Below, in pieces: positions 41,678 to 55,218 of a stretch of 64,000 nucleotides of DNA. Each line of letters starts with the position of its first letter. Within the stretch, counting starts at the first letter, position 1. Below the pieces are notes generated by a model. The model was not told the origin of the DNA and did not search any database. It saw nothing but the letters and a program-made list of their open reading frames with translations. Source of the DNA: Lepidodermella squamata (taxonomy: Eukaryota > Animalia > Gastrotricha); assembly GCA_047495785.1 (NCBI GenBank), contig JBLDXI010000074.1:1178001-1242000 (forward strand), in the 5' to 3' direction. A program made the position numbers and the translations under genes.

Positions 41678-44404
41678 TCAAACAACAAAATGGCGATGTT
41701 GATGATAGTGACGGTGAACCTGAGCGTGACCGAACGGGCATGGCGCCAACGCCTCGCCGGCACCTGTCGCCACAACTTGCTGCTGGTTGTTCGACTCGTC
41801 GACGGTTGCGAGGCGGTGGTGTTGCGACTTCTTAACGACCTTCTGCTGGCCGCCTCGGTTCGGCGACGCGCCGATTTCCTGCTCACCCAACTGTGACATC
41901 CAGTTCATGCACTTGGCAATCGAGCAGACGCGTTCTTCGTACGTGCCGATGATCGACGTCTCGCTGAACAGATCGTCCTTGTCGTAGTGGTAGAAGTGAG
42001 TCGCCGGCTGGTTGAGCGAAATCACACGGGCACGGTTGATTTGAGCAGGTTCGGCCAGGTTTGGCTTGGGCGCGGCATATTGATGATGGCGGCGCGTTTC
42101 GTTACGCTTGAGGATTTGCTGCTGGTAATACGCCGGGGTCACGTCGGCGGTCGAATCATCGTACAACGAGGTAGTCAACAGAGCAGGCCTTAAATGAATA
42201 AAAAAATTTATTTAAAAAAATTTCTCAATATTAAATATTTTAATAAATTTCAGAAAATGCGAAAGTTTTAGAGAATACGAATTTAATGCAATTTTTAAAT
42301 TAATTTGAAAAATGAAGACTTACGGTGAAATAGAGTCGATTTTGGCGACACTTGGCTGCGACTCGGCCGGGCACAATTTTTGAAGGCCAGCGTGGCGGCG
42401 GAGACGGCGGTCACGCTTCGCTTGAGCGCGCACGTCGAACAACTCGGCCGGCATCGACTGCATCATTTGCTCGTCGATATGTTGCAACGACTTGAACTGC
42501 GAATTATTCTCAGCTTTCTGCTTGTTAACGTCTTGCGTTGACTGGGCGCGAACGGCCGCTTCAACCGGGTGATCACTTGAGAGCGCGGCAGGCACGACAG
42601 CTGGCGGCGAGACGGACGTCATAGTTCGCGCATCGTCGCTCGAGCTGATCGTCGCCGAGACGCGAACGAGGCACTCATCGTCCTGCGACGACGACGTCTT
42701 GTTCACCTCCGGCTTCATTGTTATGTGCAAGTGAAGAGCGCCTTGCTGCGCGCCTTCCGACGACGCGCTCTCGCCGCCTGGCACCGTGGTGGGCGCCGCC
42801 ATTTGGCGCAGTTGAGACGTTGTTTCGACGAGAAGAGGTGTCAGCGATGACACAAGCGTCTTGCGGATCGACTTGGCAACTTCGCTCATGTTCTAAAAAA
42901 AATTAGAAAAATGTTTCAAAATATATTTAAAATATTCGAAAAATTCGAAAAATTATTAGGTCAAATTCAAAAATATTAATATTCGAAATATTGCAGAATA
43001 ATTTATAAAAAATTTAAAAAATAATATTTAAATAGCTTTGAAATAAATTAATATTAATTACCTTTTCATTGTTTGATTCTGAGCCGGGCAAATCGTACAA
43101 CTTGAACTTCCATTCGGCCTCTTTCGAGTTGTTTTGTCGCCTCATCGCCGTGATGTTTCGCCTCGCGTAATTAGCGCGTCGTTCAGCCACGGCTTTCGCG
43201 TCATATTCTGCATCGTCGGACAGCGACAAATCAGCCAAGGCCGGGGCGGCAGAGGTCGGCACCAACTGGTCATGGTCACACATGCTGAACAGCGACAGTA
43301 ACTGCTGATCGTCGGTCTATATTATTAACGCAAAAATTCGGAGTTGAATATAAGCTTGATTGGTATTTTCTCACGGTTTTATATATAGGCATCTCGAGTG
43401 GGGGAATAAAGAAGCAATTTACGCATCATTTAGCGCGCCCTGGATGCCGAAGAACGGCTGTAAGCTATCTGAGAGCACGGCCTGTCTAAGGCTGTAAATC
43501 GCATCTAGTGCGCGCGATGAAAAACGATCGCTAATTCCTTAGCACTACTAATAGGGATGAACGATGAGCGGTGGTAGGCAAATCGAGGGCAGGTGTGTCA
43601 GTCGAGTGGAGCGCGCATGGTGCGTCAAGAGCACTCGAACGGGATGAGCGCGGAATAGGATCAGATAACAAGCAGCTACTGGTGGTGCGGGTGTGGTAGA
43701 GCTACTTGTTAACCATTCCGATACTACGATAAGCCTCTTTAAGGCATGAACGATTATCGCGTTAGAAATTACGATTTTAGAACCCAAGAATTTAGTGATG
43801 CAAAAAATACTCAATAATTACGAAAAATTAAGTAATTTAGGAATATTCAAATTTGTATTGAAAAAATACAAATAAATTCTAGGTCATTTATAATATTTTT
43901 TCAAAAATCTGCAAAATTATCTACAAATTTCTAGTACTAAGGGACAATTTAGAAACCATTCTAGTTTAGAGGCTACCCTCGAAAAAAACTATATGCGAAA
44001 ATAATAGAAATTAGCATATTTAATTCGAGAAGCGCGCGATGCTAATAATTGCGTGTAATAAAAAAGTAGGTCACAAAACCACAAACCGTAGCATCAGCGC
44101 GGCAATCGACGACGGCTGCTGGCAGTGGGGAGACAGCCCCCAGGAGGCCTGACTGCCGGCCGCTGTTGTGAAGCAGCTCCTTGCGAACTAATTCGATCGA
44201 TGAACAAGTCGAAACGTTGTCATCGTCGTCGTTTAGATTGACCGCGGCGTTGCTGCTGGCTTCCATTGATTTTGAACGGCGATTCGCCCGCTTGTTACGC
44301 ATCAGCGACAACGATCGAGTCAGCCGGCTGACAATTGTCATCGGCTCGGGTTTCGCCTCGTCGTGTGGTTGTTTACGAGTCAAAAACGGAATCTTAAACA
44401 ACAT
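41678..44404 (-). CDS. Uncharacterised, largely disordered intracellular protein (about 550 aa)
   Basis: Exons 44404-44087, 43316-43062, 42892-42324 and 42188-41678 splice in frame with GT..AG. GC-rich exons lie among AT-rich introns. TATA at about 44490. No signal peptide. Confidence 0.75.
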
Positions 44405-47091
44405 TCTTTCTAACAACGGTTGAATTATTGATGAATGAATGCAAATTATTTGTGGTTGATCAGGATGGCTAAAGACTGGTGTTTTATATAGCAATAATAA
44501 TGAATCCTATTAAGTGAAGCGGTGGGGGTGGTGTCAAAGTGAGTGGGCGCTATAATCCTTGACTCAGGTAAGTAGGGTGGCTGCGACAAAGCGCGGTGGC
44601 GGAAGTGGGTGCAGTTAATGCCGTGTGAGCCGTGTGATTTTTAAGCGATGTTTTACACGTGAGATTAACCTCGCGTTATCGCGCGCACGGATTTCGGCTT
44701 TCGCTGTGTGTGTCAGTGAGTGGAATGCCGCGCTTTTGTCGCGCCGCTGGAGATAGATCCGTACGTCGAGATACATGCGCAGGGTGTCTTGTAACATAGC
44801 GTGACACAGGACGTCAGCTATATCTGCGCAAAAAATCAAGCGCGCGCGCACGGCAATATGTGACTCTGTGTTGAGTGACGTGACCTAATTTGACTGAAAT
44901 GTGCGCGCATCAGGGTGATCAAATAGCTATGATAAAAATCTTAGCTGCGTGTTTGACTTCGCGTTAGCGCGTCAGGTGTTGTGCGGGTGGCGCCCGATGG
45001 TACGTTACCAACCCGCAACATAGCTAAGACAGCAAAACATGACGCCGTTGTACTATTATCTGTTTACTTTATCTATGAAGACCCTGGCGCACAAAATCGT
45101 TCGAAATTGGAAAATGATTTGAAAACGAAATACTTAACCAAATTAACCAAAAATGATAAAGCGCACCGTGGCTAAGCTTATCATAAAAAAGTTAAAAAGT
45201 GTATTGAATAAAATAGGTATAAGGAAAAATAGTCACATGCGATGATTAAACTTTAAATTACGATATTCGGAAAATTTGCAATAGGTAATAAATTTTGGAA
45301 TAATGGAGTCGCTGAGAATTATTTGGGTTATGGAAATTTTCAAATATCCAACTGAAATTTCGTGAATTTCAAAAGAATTCGGGATATAACGATGTTAAAC
45401 CTTGAACATTGTAGGAATAGCCCGGAAATTTTGATTTATTGCTGAAATATTGCCCCGCAGCAAAATTTTTACGAATTTATTCCAAATAGAAGAGTGGAAG
45501 ATTTGCGAAAGAAGGAAATCGCGGATCGATCATTCCTTTTTTTACCGAAAAATAAAAAATAAAAAATACCTGGTGCTAAATACAAATTTTGAGCCATTTT
45601 TGAGACATAGCGATGGTTGACACAGGTGGAAAATAGGGATAAGTGGCGTTGTTATTATAATATAAGATTGACTGATTGACTTGGGGCCGAGCAGGAGGTG
45701 ATGTAATGCCAAATTCGTACTATCGATCGTCATGGAAATACCCAAGTAACGGTTTGATATTGATGATATAATTGATGACACTGAGTCATACTGGTCACTC
45801 AATTAAGGCAAAAGTAATAATTTAACCATTACTTAAAAGGTAACCGTTTCGCGTTGCGATTCGCTTCCGAAGCGTGTAACACTCATCGAGTGGATCGCAA
45901 AATATGACAAGAAGCGCGCGGCTGGTGGCTGGGTACACTGCGACGTGGGCCGTCGTATTTTTGCGGAATTCCTTTACCTGCGCGTTTTATTTGCCCTGGT
46001 GCTAAATCACGTTCCGCCGCCGCCGCCGCAGGCGGGGCCGCGCCAGGGCACGTGCTATAGCAAGAACCTGAACACGTGTAATGTAAACACCACTGAAATG
46101 TAACAACAAGCCCGGCGCCGGGAATTAATGCGCGGTGTGAATAATAAAACTTGATTAATTACACGCCTGATTGAGGTAATAAATAAATGCCCGAAAAACC
46201 GAAAATTACCGAAACATCGGGTATTTTTCGGCTTTTACCGGGTATATTCGGCATTTTCTGGATTTATGTTTAAAATTTTCAACGAGAGGTAGCTTTATTC
46301 TACCAGGTTTTTACCGATCGGAAATGTAAGCGGAATTTTCGAGATAAGGCGCCGATCTCTTGCCGATCTGTCGTGTCTCAAGATTAAGTGGTTAACTCTC
46401 AAGTGATGCGTGAAGTGGGTCGTTACGCTTGTTTGAGCCGCGCATTTTAAACATCGAATAGATCGGTAGAGTAAACAGATAAGCCGATAATTGATAATAG
46501 GAGATAAATTTGTTATTAATTTACCTTTATTATCTCGAATTCTTCACAATTTTCATATTTATCGATTTTCAATATCGATTTTCGGTCTTACCGTTTTTTT
46601 CACGGAATGTTTGGCGCAATCTTAATAACTTGATTTGATAATTGATAATTCATGGCATTTATTCTTATTTATTTTCGGTTTATTTTGTCGATTTCGATTT
46701 TGAAGTGAGCTTGCGTGGCCTTGGAATCGAGGCGTTTATTGTTTGCGTGCGCATAGCGGCGCCAGCGGGGAAGCGAGCGCGGCGGCACTAGGTCAAACGG
46801 TGGATTATTACAAGCCATTATCACAACATCGCGTGATTTTATTGTTTTAATTGACTACTGGCTATTTCGCGAACCTGCTGCTGCTGCTGCTGCCTTGTAA
46901 GGAACAGTACTACTATTCTACTATTCCTTACAAGGCTGCTGCTGGAACAACACGACAACAACATTTTGATGTCTGAAATTATTTGAACAAAAGGAATTAT
47001 GAAACGAATGTGTCCTATATGAAAATTTCGCAAACTTTACTGCGGAAGCTGGATGAATGATTCACCGCGGTCGATTTTGAATACCGGGGAC

Positions 47092-47588
47092 GGTACAATT
47101 TTGACAACAAAAGGTAAAACTTTGTAAAAAAAATTCCAGAAAATCAATTCAGGTGAATTCTTTGCAAATTGTTACACTGTTGGAATTCCCTTACCCTGGG
47201 CAAAATTGTTGAATTTTTTCAACGGCCTGATTCAGGTAATTTACCTGAGAAAATAGGGTCGAAAGAAAGGTACAATTGTGACAACTCTACGACAATGCCG
47301 TTTTCAACTTGATCATCTAGCGTCGGCAGTGATTCATCGTGCGCGTGGTGAAAATTGAGATGTTTTTATTTTATTTCGGAATTTTTGTATCAAAACGATG
47401 TTTTCAAAGTACCTATTGCTTCGAAACTTCACCACAAATATACGAACGGTGCTAGAATCTGGGGAAACAATTCTAGAATTTTATCTACATGAAACAGTCC
47501 TCATCTTAAAATCGATTTGATCACCTACCATTTGAAAATCGATCAAGTAGTCTTTCAAAGTAGTTTTTTGAGTTGTCAAAATTGTACC
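47092..47588. mobile_element. Degenerate MITE
   Basis: GGTACAATTTTGACAAC at 47092, its reverse complement at about 47572-47588, and an internal copy at about 47269. Confidence 0.5.
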
Positions 47589-48666
47589 TCCAAAATCGCT
47601 ACTTTACAGTCAAATTTGACAGCACTCACACCGTTACTACTACTACTACTACCCGAAACTACGGCACTGCTACGGCTACCGCTACGGCGAGCCATTTTGT
47701 CGTCGTAGCATTTTTAAAATTCGCCCAGACTTGAAATTTGCGAAATCTAACAAAACAGCATAGCATAAATCAACGACTCGCATTGGCAAATTACCTAAAT
47801 ATGAGCGGGACATGAAAGGTCACCTGAACGGTGATAAAAAACCAGGTATAACTGCAACAGATAGCAGTTTTCGTGTAGATCACAACACGAAATAATGTAG
47901 TGCTCCCTGGGATCCCAGCTGTTAGTTGCATACCCTGGAACCGGCCCGCCTTTCACCACCCGGTCACCCTCGGTACCCAAAGTTCCCCATAAAATAGCAT
48001 TCTGGCTGATTTTAGAGTTTAGTTTCCAGCCCGATTTCACGGGTTCCGGAGACTCAATTTCCCGAGTCACGTTGTCAATAATTTTCTATGAGACTTTTTC
48101 TTTGTATGAATATCATTGCAATTAGTATTTAGCGCACCTACTACTTGGGAAACATCCGATATACATTCAGCCGATGATACTCAGCTGGATACTTGCTGAA
48201 TTTTCGAAATTTTTCTAGCCTCACTGTGTTTTCCAGTTTTTGACTTTTTTTCAGGTAGCCTACCTCTTATGAAGATATCCAACGGAATTTCTTGAAAATC
48301 CAGTTTTTTCAACATGCAACATGCCCGAACTTTGCTTGTTCCCGACAGTGATCAATTTTTCGGGCATCCACGCAACAAAATACTAACAATCAACTAATTT
48401 ACCGGTTCATGCCCGAGGTCGAGTGGGGTGCAGCTAAGACATATCACCCTCCGACTTGATGAGATTTAAGCCTCGACAAAACGTGGTCCGACTCCGACAA
48501 ACTCGTCTGACCGTGGGCATGTTGAAAAACGAACTTCAACAACCGCATCAACAGAAGAAATCGCTTCGCTTCTGAGCTTAATTTAGCCATGATAACTATT
48601 TTCAAATACCGTTAAGTGCGGCTTTCTGCATAAAAGCAAGATGTAAGCAAAATGTAGAATTTTGTA

Positions 48667-49600
48667 GAGGACCTCGCCCTAATTTCGGCCACTTCCTAAT
48701 TTCGGCCGCTGCGTCCTAACTTCGGCCAGCGGCCGAAATTTGGACACGAAGTGCTGTGCAGCAGTTTTATTTGCACGCAATTCAAGAAATTTGCATTGTT
48801 GAGCCCATCTGTTTCACGATTTTTCAAGCACGTGATCGCAAAAAAAAAAAATTCTAAATGCGAGCGAGCCGGCTTATGCCGCTTCTCGAGTGCTCTGTTA
48901 CCGCTACTTTGCAGGTATAATTTAGCTGAAACTGGCTCTTTAAAATTTGCTGATTTCACCTCAATAATTACCAGCTAAACGCCAGCTTCATTTTGGTATA
49001 AAATATTCTATCTAAAACCGCCCAGGTGAAGAGATCGAGAGGGCCAATTTTACGGTTTTCGAGGGTTCGATTCCAAAAATTAGCAGTCAATAGTGGAATC
49101 GAATTCGGGAAAACAAAATCGATACTCTCATTCTACAGAAGCAAAGGAATTTTTTAGATATTTTTCCAGAATTTTAGAAAGTCAAACGCAGTTGGGCTAT
49201 TGGGTAGAAAACAAGTTATCAAACTTGTACCTGTCAAAACAAGTTTGAGTTTCAGGCATCACATCGTCAAGGAAAAGTTCACAGGTGGAACAACAATGGC
49301 GGTTTTTATAGTCATCTTTTTGAGGCAAATCTAACGATACCAAACTTATGGTATTGGTGGTATTGGTATGAGGTGGCCGAAATTAGGGCCCCCCGCTTCC
49401 TAATTCCGGCTGGGTGTCTGGGTGACTACAAAATTAGCCATAAATCAAGGTAAAATCGTCCGGACTTGCAGAAAGCGGCATTCTATACCCTAAGAGCTCC
49501 TCTTTAATTCTGCTTTTGCCGAATATTTTCACCTAAAAATTCACCTGGCTGGCAAAGTAGGAAAAACCTGAAAAGCGGCCGAAATTAGGGCGGGGTGCTC
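48667..49600. mobile_element. TA-target MITE (934 bp)
   Basis: TIRs GAG(g/c)ACC(t/c)CGCCCTAATTTCGGCC flanked by TA. Multiple internal cctaatttcggcc motifs. Confidence 0.8.
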
Positions 49601-51780
49601 TATTTTGTCCATCGTCCATCCATTCCGGTGGTTCTCGCCTATTTCTTGTTAGTTTCGAGATGGGAGACTGCTGCTCCTGATTAAGCCTGTAAACGCCTTG
49701 CGCACCAGGCACCACAGGTTGTGATGAATAAGAATCGCGGTTGGAAAAAATAACTGGACTTTTGAACGCCGATATCTGTCGACACCATTAACACAAGCAA
49801 TTCTATGTAGCTCTTCACATGATAGGGTGAAAATGACGATTTTCTTTTGCATTTTTTATTAATTTTGTATCAAGTGGCAAATTGCATAAAATTAAAATTA
49901 ATCTCTAAATAAAATACGACAAAAGCGCCAATATGAAAGCGAAATCGTAGAATATTTTCAACAGGCCCGAAGCTTGGGCTAAGAATGGGGGAACAACTTT
50001 TTTCATGTCTTATTTCATCCGACAACCTAAAATGTGGCTTAAAATAACCGACATGAAATCTGCCTAAATCCAAACTTCGCCGATAATCGTTGCCCCCTAT
50101 CGCCAAGCCCAGGAATCTGAGAACTCAGTTCATTACATTCGATGCGTTGCTCCAGTCGATTCCAGAACCAGACGTTTTTTCGAGGAACCCATCAGCTGGC
50201 GGAATCGGGACTTCAAGCATAGGTTCAAAAAATCAACGATCAATAATCGAAATCGGTAAATCAAAATCTGTGTTCAGAGGTTTCTAATTGACTGTTCGCA
50301 AATGTTGCATTTTATTCACGCTCAGTTTAAAGTTCATAGCTCATAGTTGCCTAATTAAGCTCAAGCTAGCATTCTTTGATGTATTATATAATGCTATATC
50401 AAAAAAGAAGAAAAAAGAACTGCATAAAGAAGTTATGTCAGCGAAATAGCTTTGAAAGGCTCTGTCATTAATGTTATATTTCTCTACCGCGATATTTGAA
50501 GCCCACTATGGCTGATTCAACATAAACAAGCAAGTTTTCTTTAAAGTTAAGCTTACTATATGAATACCTGAGCCCCCCACAAATAGTGATGCGCAACGAT
50601 TTTTTTGTATGAAACGATTAAATGGGGCAATGAATCGTAATCGAATCGAATTAATCCCGATTATTGGCCCACTGAATCAGGCCGATTAATTGTGAAAATA
50701 AGGAAAAAATAGTGTAAGTGAAAATCAATCCGATTATTTAGATTCGTAGATTTTTCGAATCTATGCTTGGCTTTACATAGTGAGATGGAAGTGGATACCA
50801 CGGACTTCGTCCATCGATTTCATCAGCCGATTTATTGCAGCCAAGACAATATGATGGAAAAGCAAACAACACAGCAAACAGAAACAATTTTAGCATAGTT
50901 TCATCAAATTACTTGAAATAGCTCCATTTATCCGGATCATAGTGGAAAATACGCCGTAAAACAGCCCGGAATATTTTCTGCTATTCCGGGCTGTTTGAGC
51001 CAGGATATCATGCTATCCGGGCTGATTTAAACTCAGGTCATGGCTTGAAATTTTGGCAGCATTTACCCCTATTTTCGATTTCTTTGAGCACAGATACAAA
51101 AGTCACAAAAAATACTGAGGCGCCAAAACCCCCGCGACACCCAAAATTTTATTATTCCGCAATTACGAGAAAATTAACTAAGTTGAAGGATTTGCCGCAA
51201 AGACACGGGGACAAGCGGGCCAAGCCATTTTTGCCGTTGGATCAGGTTGAATCCGGCAGAAAATCCAGCGGAGTCGAGAATCATCGCCGATTGCCGAGGC
51301 TTGAGCCAGCCAAAACTTGCGCCTGATATTGCTCCAGAGCGGGGCCAGATCTACTCGAGAACCGTTGTGGCGCCAAGAGAAGATGTTACAGCAAACAAGT
51401 CGCCATAGCCGACACCGTTTCGTTGCCTTTGCTGGGTGACTGGCTGGTCGCCTGGAGATTCTTCAAGCGTATTAGCAGCCTGGCTTCTAGAATTGAACGG
51501 CCAATTCGCAATTCGAGAGATAGGCTTGACGTTTTGCCCGAATCGATGCCACCCATGTTGATGCGGACGGGCGTGAAAAAAGCATGTTCAAATCGCGGCG
51601 AAAAAGTGAAAAATGATTAGCTTTTGAAAATCATTCGCTTTTGCAACTTTGATGCAAAATTTTAAGTTGGATTTTTTATTTTCGTTATTTTCACTTAATT
51701 CGACTGAGGTGATACCTGTATTGTAGCGATAATTTGGTATTTCGGGAGGATAGTCGGGGATAGTGATCCGGATAACAACT

Positions 51781-51916
51781 ATATCTGGAAGCTTTTAGCG
51801 GATAGGTCAAATATTCGCCTTCAGGCCGCTATTCCGACCTTCGGCTGCGCCTCAGGTCTCCATAGCTGGCCTTCAGGCGAATATTTTCCGCTATCCGCTA
51901 CAAAGCTCCCAGATAT
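51781..51916. repeat. ~136-bp imperfect palindrome
   Basis: atatctggaagcttttagcggatag..aatattcgcc pairs with ggcgaatatt..ctatccgctacaaagctcccagatat. Confidence 0.7.
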
Positions 51917-52035
51917 TGTATAAAATGTAAATAATAAAATAAAGTAATAAAATAAATATATAATAAGTCCTTATTATATAAATCAGCTGAGCCTTAACCC
52001 CAGACACATCAAACCGAAAGCAATGCTCAGATATC

Positions 52036-52763
52036 TTAAGATTCGTCCGGGCTCGCCTCGCGACCAGCAGCAGCGGTGGTTGAGTGGCGACGACGTCCAC
52101 CGTAGGGAGAACGAGCTGACTCGTCTGGGCTCGCCTCGCGGCCAGCAGCAGCGGTGGTGGAGTGGCGACGACGTCCACCGTAGGGAGAACGAGCTGACTC
52201 GTCTGGGCTCGCCTCGCGGCCAGCAGCAGCGGTGGTGGAGTGGCGACGACGTCCACCGTAGGGAGAACGAGCTGACTCGTCTGGGCTCGCCTCGCGGCCA
52301 GCAGCAGCGGTGGTGGAGTGGCGACGACGTCCACCGTAGGGAGAACGAGCTGACTCGTCTGGGCTCGCCTCGCGGCCAGCAGCAGCGGTGGTAGAGTGGC
52401 GACGACGTCCACCGTAGGGAGAACGAGCTGACTCGTCTAAACTGTCTTCACGGCCAGCAGCAGCGGCGGCGGTGGTGCTGTGATTCTTGTGCTTCTTGCC
52501 GCCCTTCCCGTTTTTGCCTCCGCGAGGATGATGGTTGCCATCGGCAGCTCGAGCAGTCTCGTCCAAGTTAGCCTCTCGTCCCCCGGCGCAATGACCGTCG
52601 ACATAATGACGACAACGATAACGAGCTGCCTCTGCGTCAGCTTCGACTTCAGCCGATGCAGTCCAAACAGCGACAGATACCTAACAAAAGAAAAACTCAG
52701 TTTACGGGCTAATTATAAGATTGCACTTACACCAAAAAGGATGAGAGCAAGTAGTTTGTTCAT
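52036..52763 (-). CDS. Secreted multi-peptide precursor (prepropolypeptide) with five 26-aa tandem units
   Basis: Exons 52763-52731 and 52680-52036 (50-nt intron). MNKLLALILFG|VSVAVWTASAEVEADAEAAR-YRCRHYVDGHCAG-GREANLDETAR-AADGNHHPRGGKNGKGGKKHKNHSTTAAAAA-GREDSLDESAR-(SPYGGRRRHSTTAAA-GREASPDESAR)x5, with the last linker ending DES*. Confidence 0.88.
52041..52437. repeat. 78-bp coding tandem repeat, 5 near-identical copies
   Basis: Unit gactcgtctgggctcgcctcgcggccagcagcagcggtggtggagtggcgacgacgtccaccgtagggagaacgagct. Confidence 0.95.
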
Positions 52764-53045
52764 TCCGAAAGAATGTTTTGTAAAATGAAGTCAGCAATGA
52801 AAGCTTCTGAACGTTATTCTTACACGCCATATAATATAGGCACTAACCAGATCCGCTCCGACAACTGTGCAAACCCGGGTTCACTTGGTAAATTATTGGC
52901 ATTTGGCGATGGATAATTATATCGCGCGCGAACAACTTATTCATGTGTGGTATATTTTAATTTAAAAAGTCGTTCGTTTTGTTGACACTGCGGTCCGTTA
53001 TCCATCTAAGTACGTTAGAAATAACGGACAAGATTACTTTGCCTT

Positions 53046-53415
53046 TGACGAGAAGAATGACAAAAAGAAGATCGACGCTTTCGTCGCTGAACTCGCAAAG
53101 GACCTCGCCGAAGAGCTCGCCAAAGAAAATCGTCACAACAAGTCAAAGGCTAACACCAAGCCAACAGCCAACACCAAATCGTGGGGGGGGGGGGTAATAC
53201 GAGGATGCCGTTTAATGCCGCGAGGAGTAGTGCGATCTGTCACCATGAAAATTATAACTTAGTAGTTGGTTTTTTAATGTGATATTCTTTTCGTGGAAGA
53301 TCGCCCATTTTGTAGAGGCTGGTGAGACGTTTTGGAGTTCGTAACAGCTGTTTTATTATATAATTTAACTGGCGTGGGTTGAGTTTCATTAAAATGTGTG
53401 GATTTTCTGGCATCA
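53046..53415 (+). pseudogene. 5'-truncated relic of the Lys/Ala-rich family (C-terminus plus 3'UTR)
   Basis: aagaagatcgacgctttcgtcgctgaactcgcaaaggac matches 63875-63913. The 3'UTR motifs tcgtggaagatcgccc..tagaggct and tcattaaaatgtgtgg match 4700-4840. Confidence 0.75.
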
Positions 53416-55218
53416 TTCGGATTTTTTTTAGTTGACATGGCCCATGGCCCATAGGAAGAATTTGTAACTAAACGATTACGCATCATTCAATGTATTGATT
53501 GGTTGAAATCTGACTTAGGACCGGCCAAGGAAGAATACTGTTTGTTTGATTAAAGATAACTAACCAGTAGCACCTATTGCAAACACGTTGAACTAAAACA
53601 TTTACGCAGATGGCACTTATACTTGATACTTCTCCCGCTTTTGAACCCTTCAAATAGACTTGAAATCGGCACCTAATATATTTAATTTATAAAACTCTCA
53701 AATCAAGTTAAGAGCTGACATTGGGAAACATGCATTCCCACATACGCATGGTTAAATTTTGCCATGGAGAAACAGATGTTTCTCTATGGTTAAAAATATT
53801 TCTCTATGGCAACCAATAATTTGTCTTTGGCTTGAAACTGCCACAAATTTGGGCAGCATTTTGCTAGAAATTTGCTCAAAACCCCCAGAAAAGGCATTTT
53901 CTCGAGAATCTTAGGAAAGTCACTAGAACAGTGACCCCAACCCCAATTTTATTTAAAAGCAATTTTACGTCCAAAAATAAAAAGTTGACCAAATGAGGCG
54001 AAAAGCGAGGTCGTCGAAATCTCTTGCTGGCAGCTGTCGCGATGCAGATCCGGTTTTCCCTCGGGAATCGCGGTTTTGACCAGCAACAGAAATTCAGCGA
54101 CTAGCCATAGCAACGTTAGAGGCGACAATGACTGCTTTCTCGGCGAGTCTTCGACCGGCAAAATTGACCCATATCCTCCACGATTAATTTCCGCCGCGAC
54201 CTGAATACCATCGGATACCATGCAGCGAGCGGGTGGCTTTTATAGTTGCCAGTCTCCCAAACGGCGCGATGTAGATGCATTGATTTCTGTGCGCAACCGG
54301 CTGGCTGGCGATCGATTCGAGAGGATTCTTCGAGGCAATGATTTGTTCGTTTCCAGAATCCATCGAACCAAGGCAACTGATGATCGGGGCTTGATATCGA
54401 CGCTCTGTTCCATGAATCTTGACTACTGATGCTTCGGCCAGCCGGAGAGCATGACGATTTCGACGACGAATGAGGGTTGACCAAAAATCAAGTTGCAAAC
54501 AAGAAAAAATTCGCCGGAATGAAAAATGATTTTCTTTTACAAACGCAGAATCATTTTCGTGAAATTTTAAGTTGGATGTTTTATTTTCTCAAAATGGTTA
54601 CTGTGAATTCACCCCTGTGTACCTATTACACCCTTTTAGGGAGCCTACAGGTGTCGTGCGCATGTGGGAATAGGATTACTCTATGGCAAACCATGAAGAA
54701 ATATAATTTCCCCCCGATCTCCCCCCGAGTGAGTTTGGCGCAGCCAAACGAATCGAGGGGTTCCAGATAGAGTATTCCCTTATTCCTAGTCTAAACTAGC
54801 AGATTTTTTGACATATACGGTGAATGAACTGTAAGTGAAATGCTTCAAGCCAGAACCATTTAGTTTGGGACCGCGATAGTACTACAACATTGACCGAAAA
54901 CGTCAATAGCAATGTAGTGACCGACTGTGAATTCCAGGTTTTTCACCCCTAGTACATTTAATTTCTCCATTGACGATTCCATTGATTCTCCATTGACGAT
55001 TCCATTTTAACCCGACTCGAGGTGAGAGTCTTCCTGGACACGGGCAGTATCTGGTGATACGAGAGGAATGATTACTATTATGATTTTCTAAAACACTTCA
55101 AATGACAAATATTCACATGACAAAAATGACGGCAGGGAGCATCATACAGCTGATTCCACAATCATTTTTAGCTGTTTTTTGGATGCGAAAATCGAGTGAA
55201 ATATCTCGAAATCGAGAC

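Noticed and set aside
51891-52412. Alternative-frame repeat ORFs (173 aa minus strand, 123 aa plus strand)
   Set aside because: They are shadows of the 78-bp repeat. Only the 52036 frame joins a signal-peptide exon.
52041-52437. Regular repeat array considered as CRISPR
   Set aside because: There are no unique spacers. It is a 78-bp in-frame coding tandem repeat in a spliced eukaryotic gene.
53730-54700. Possible TIR element with internal ORFs
   Set aside because: Only weak inverted similarity, and the ORFs lack transposase motifs.
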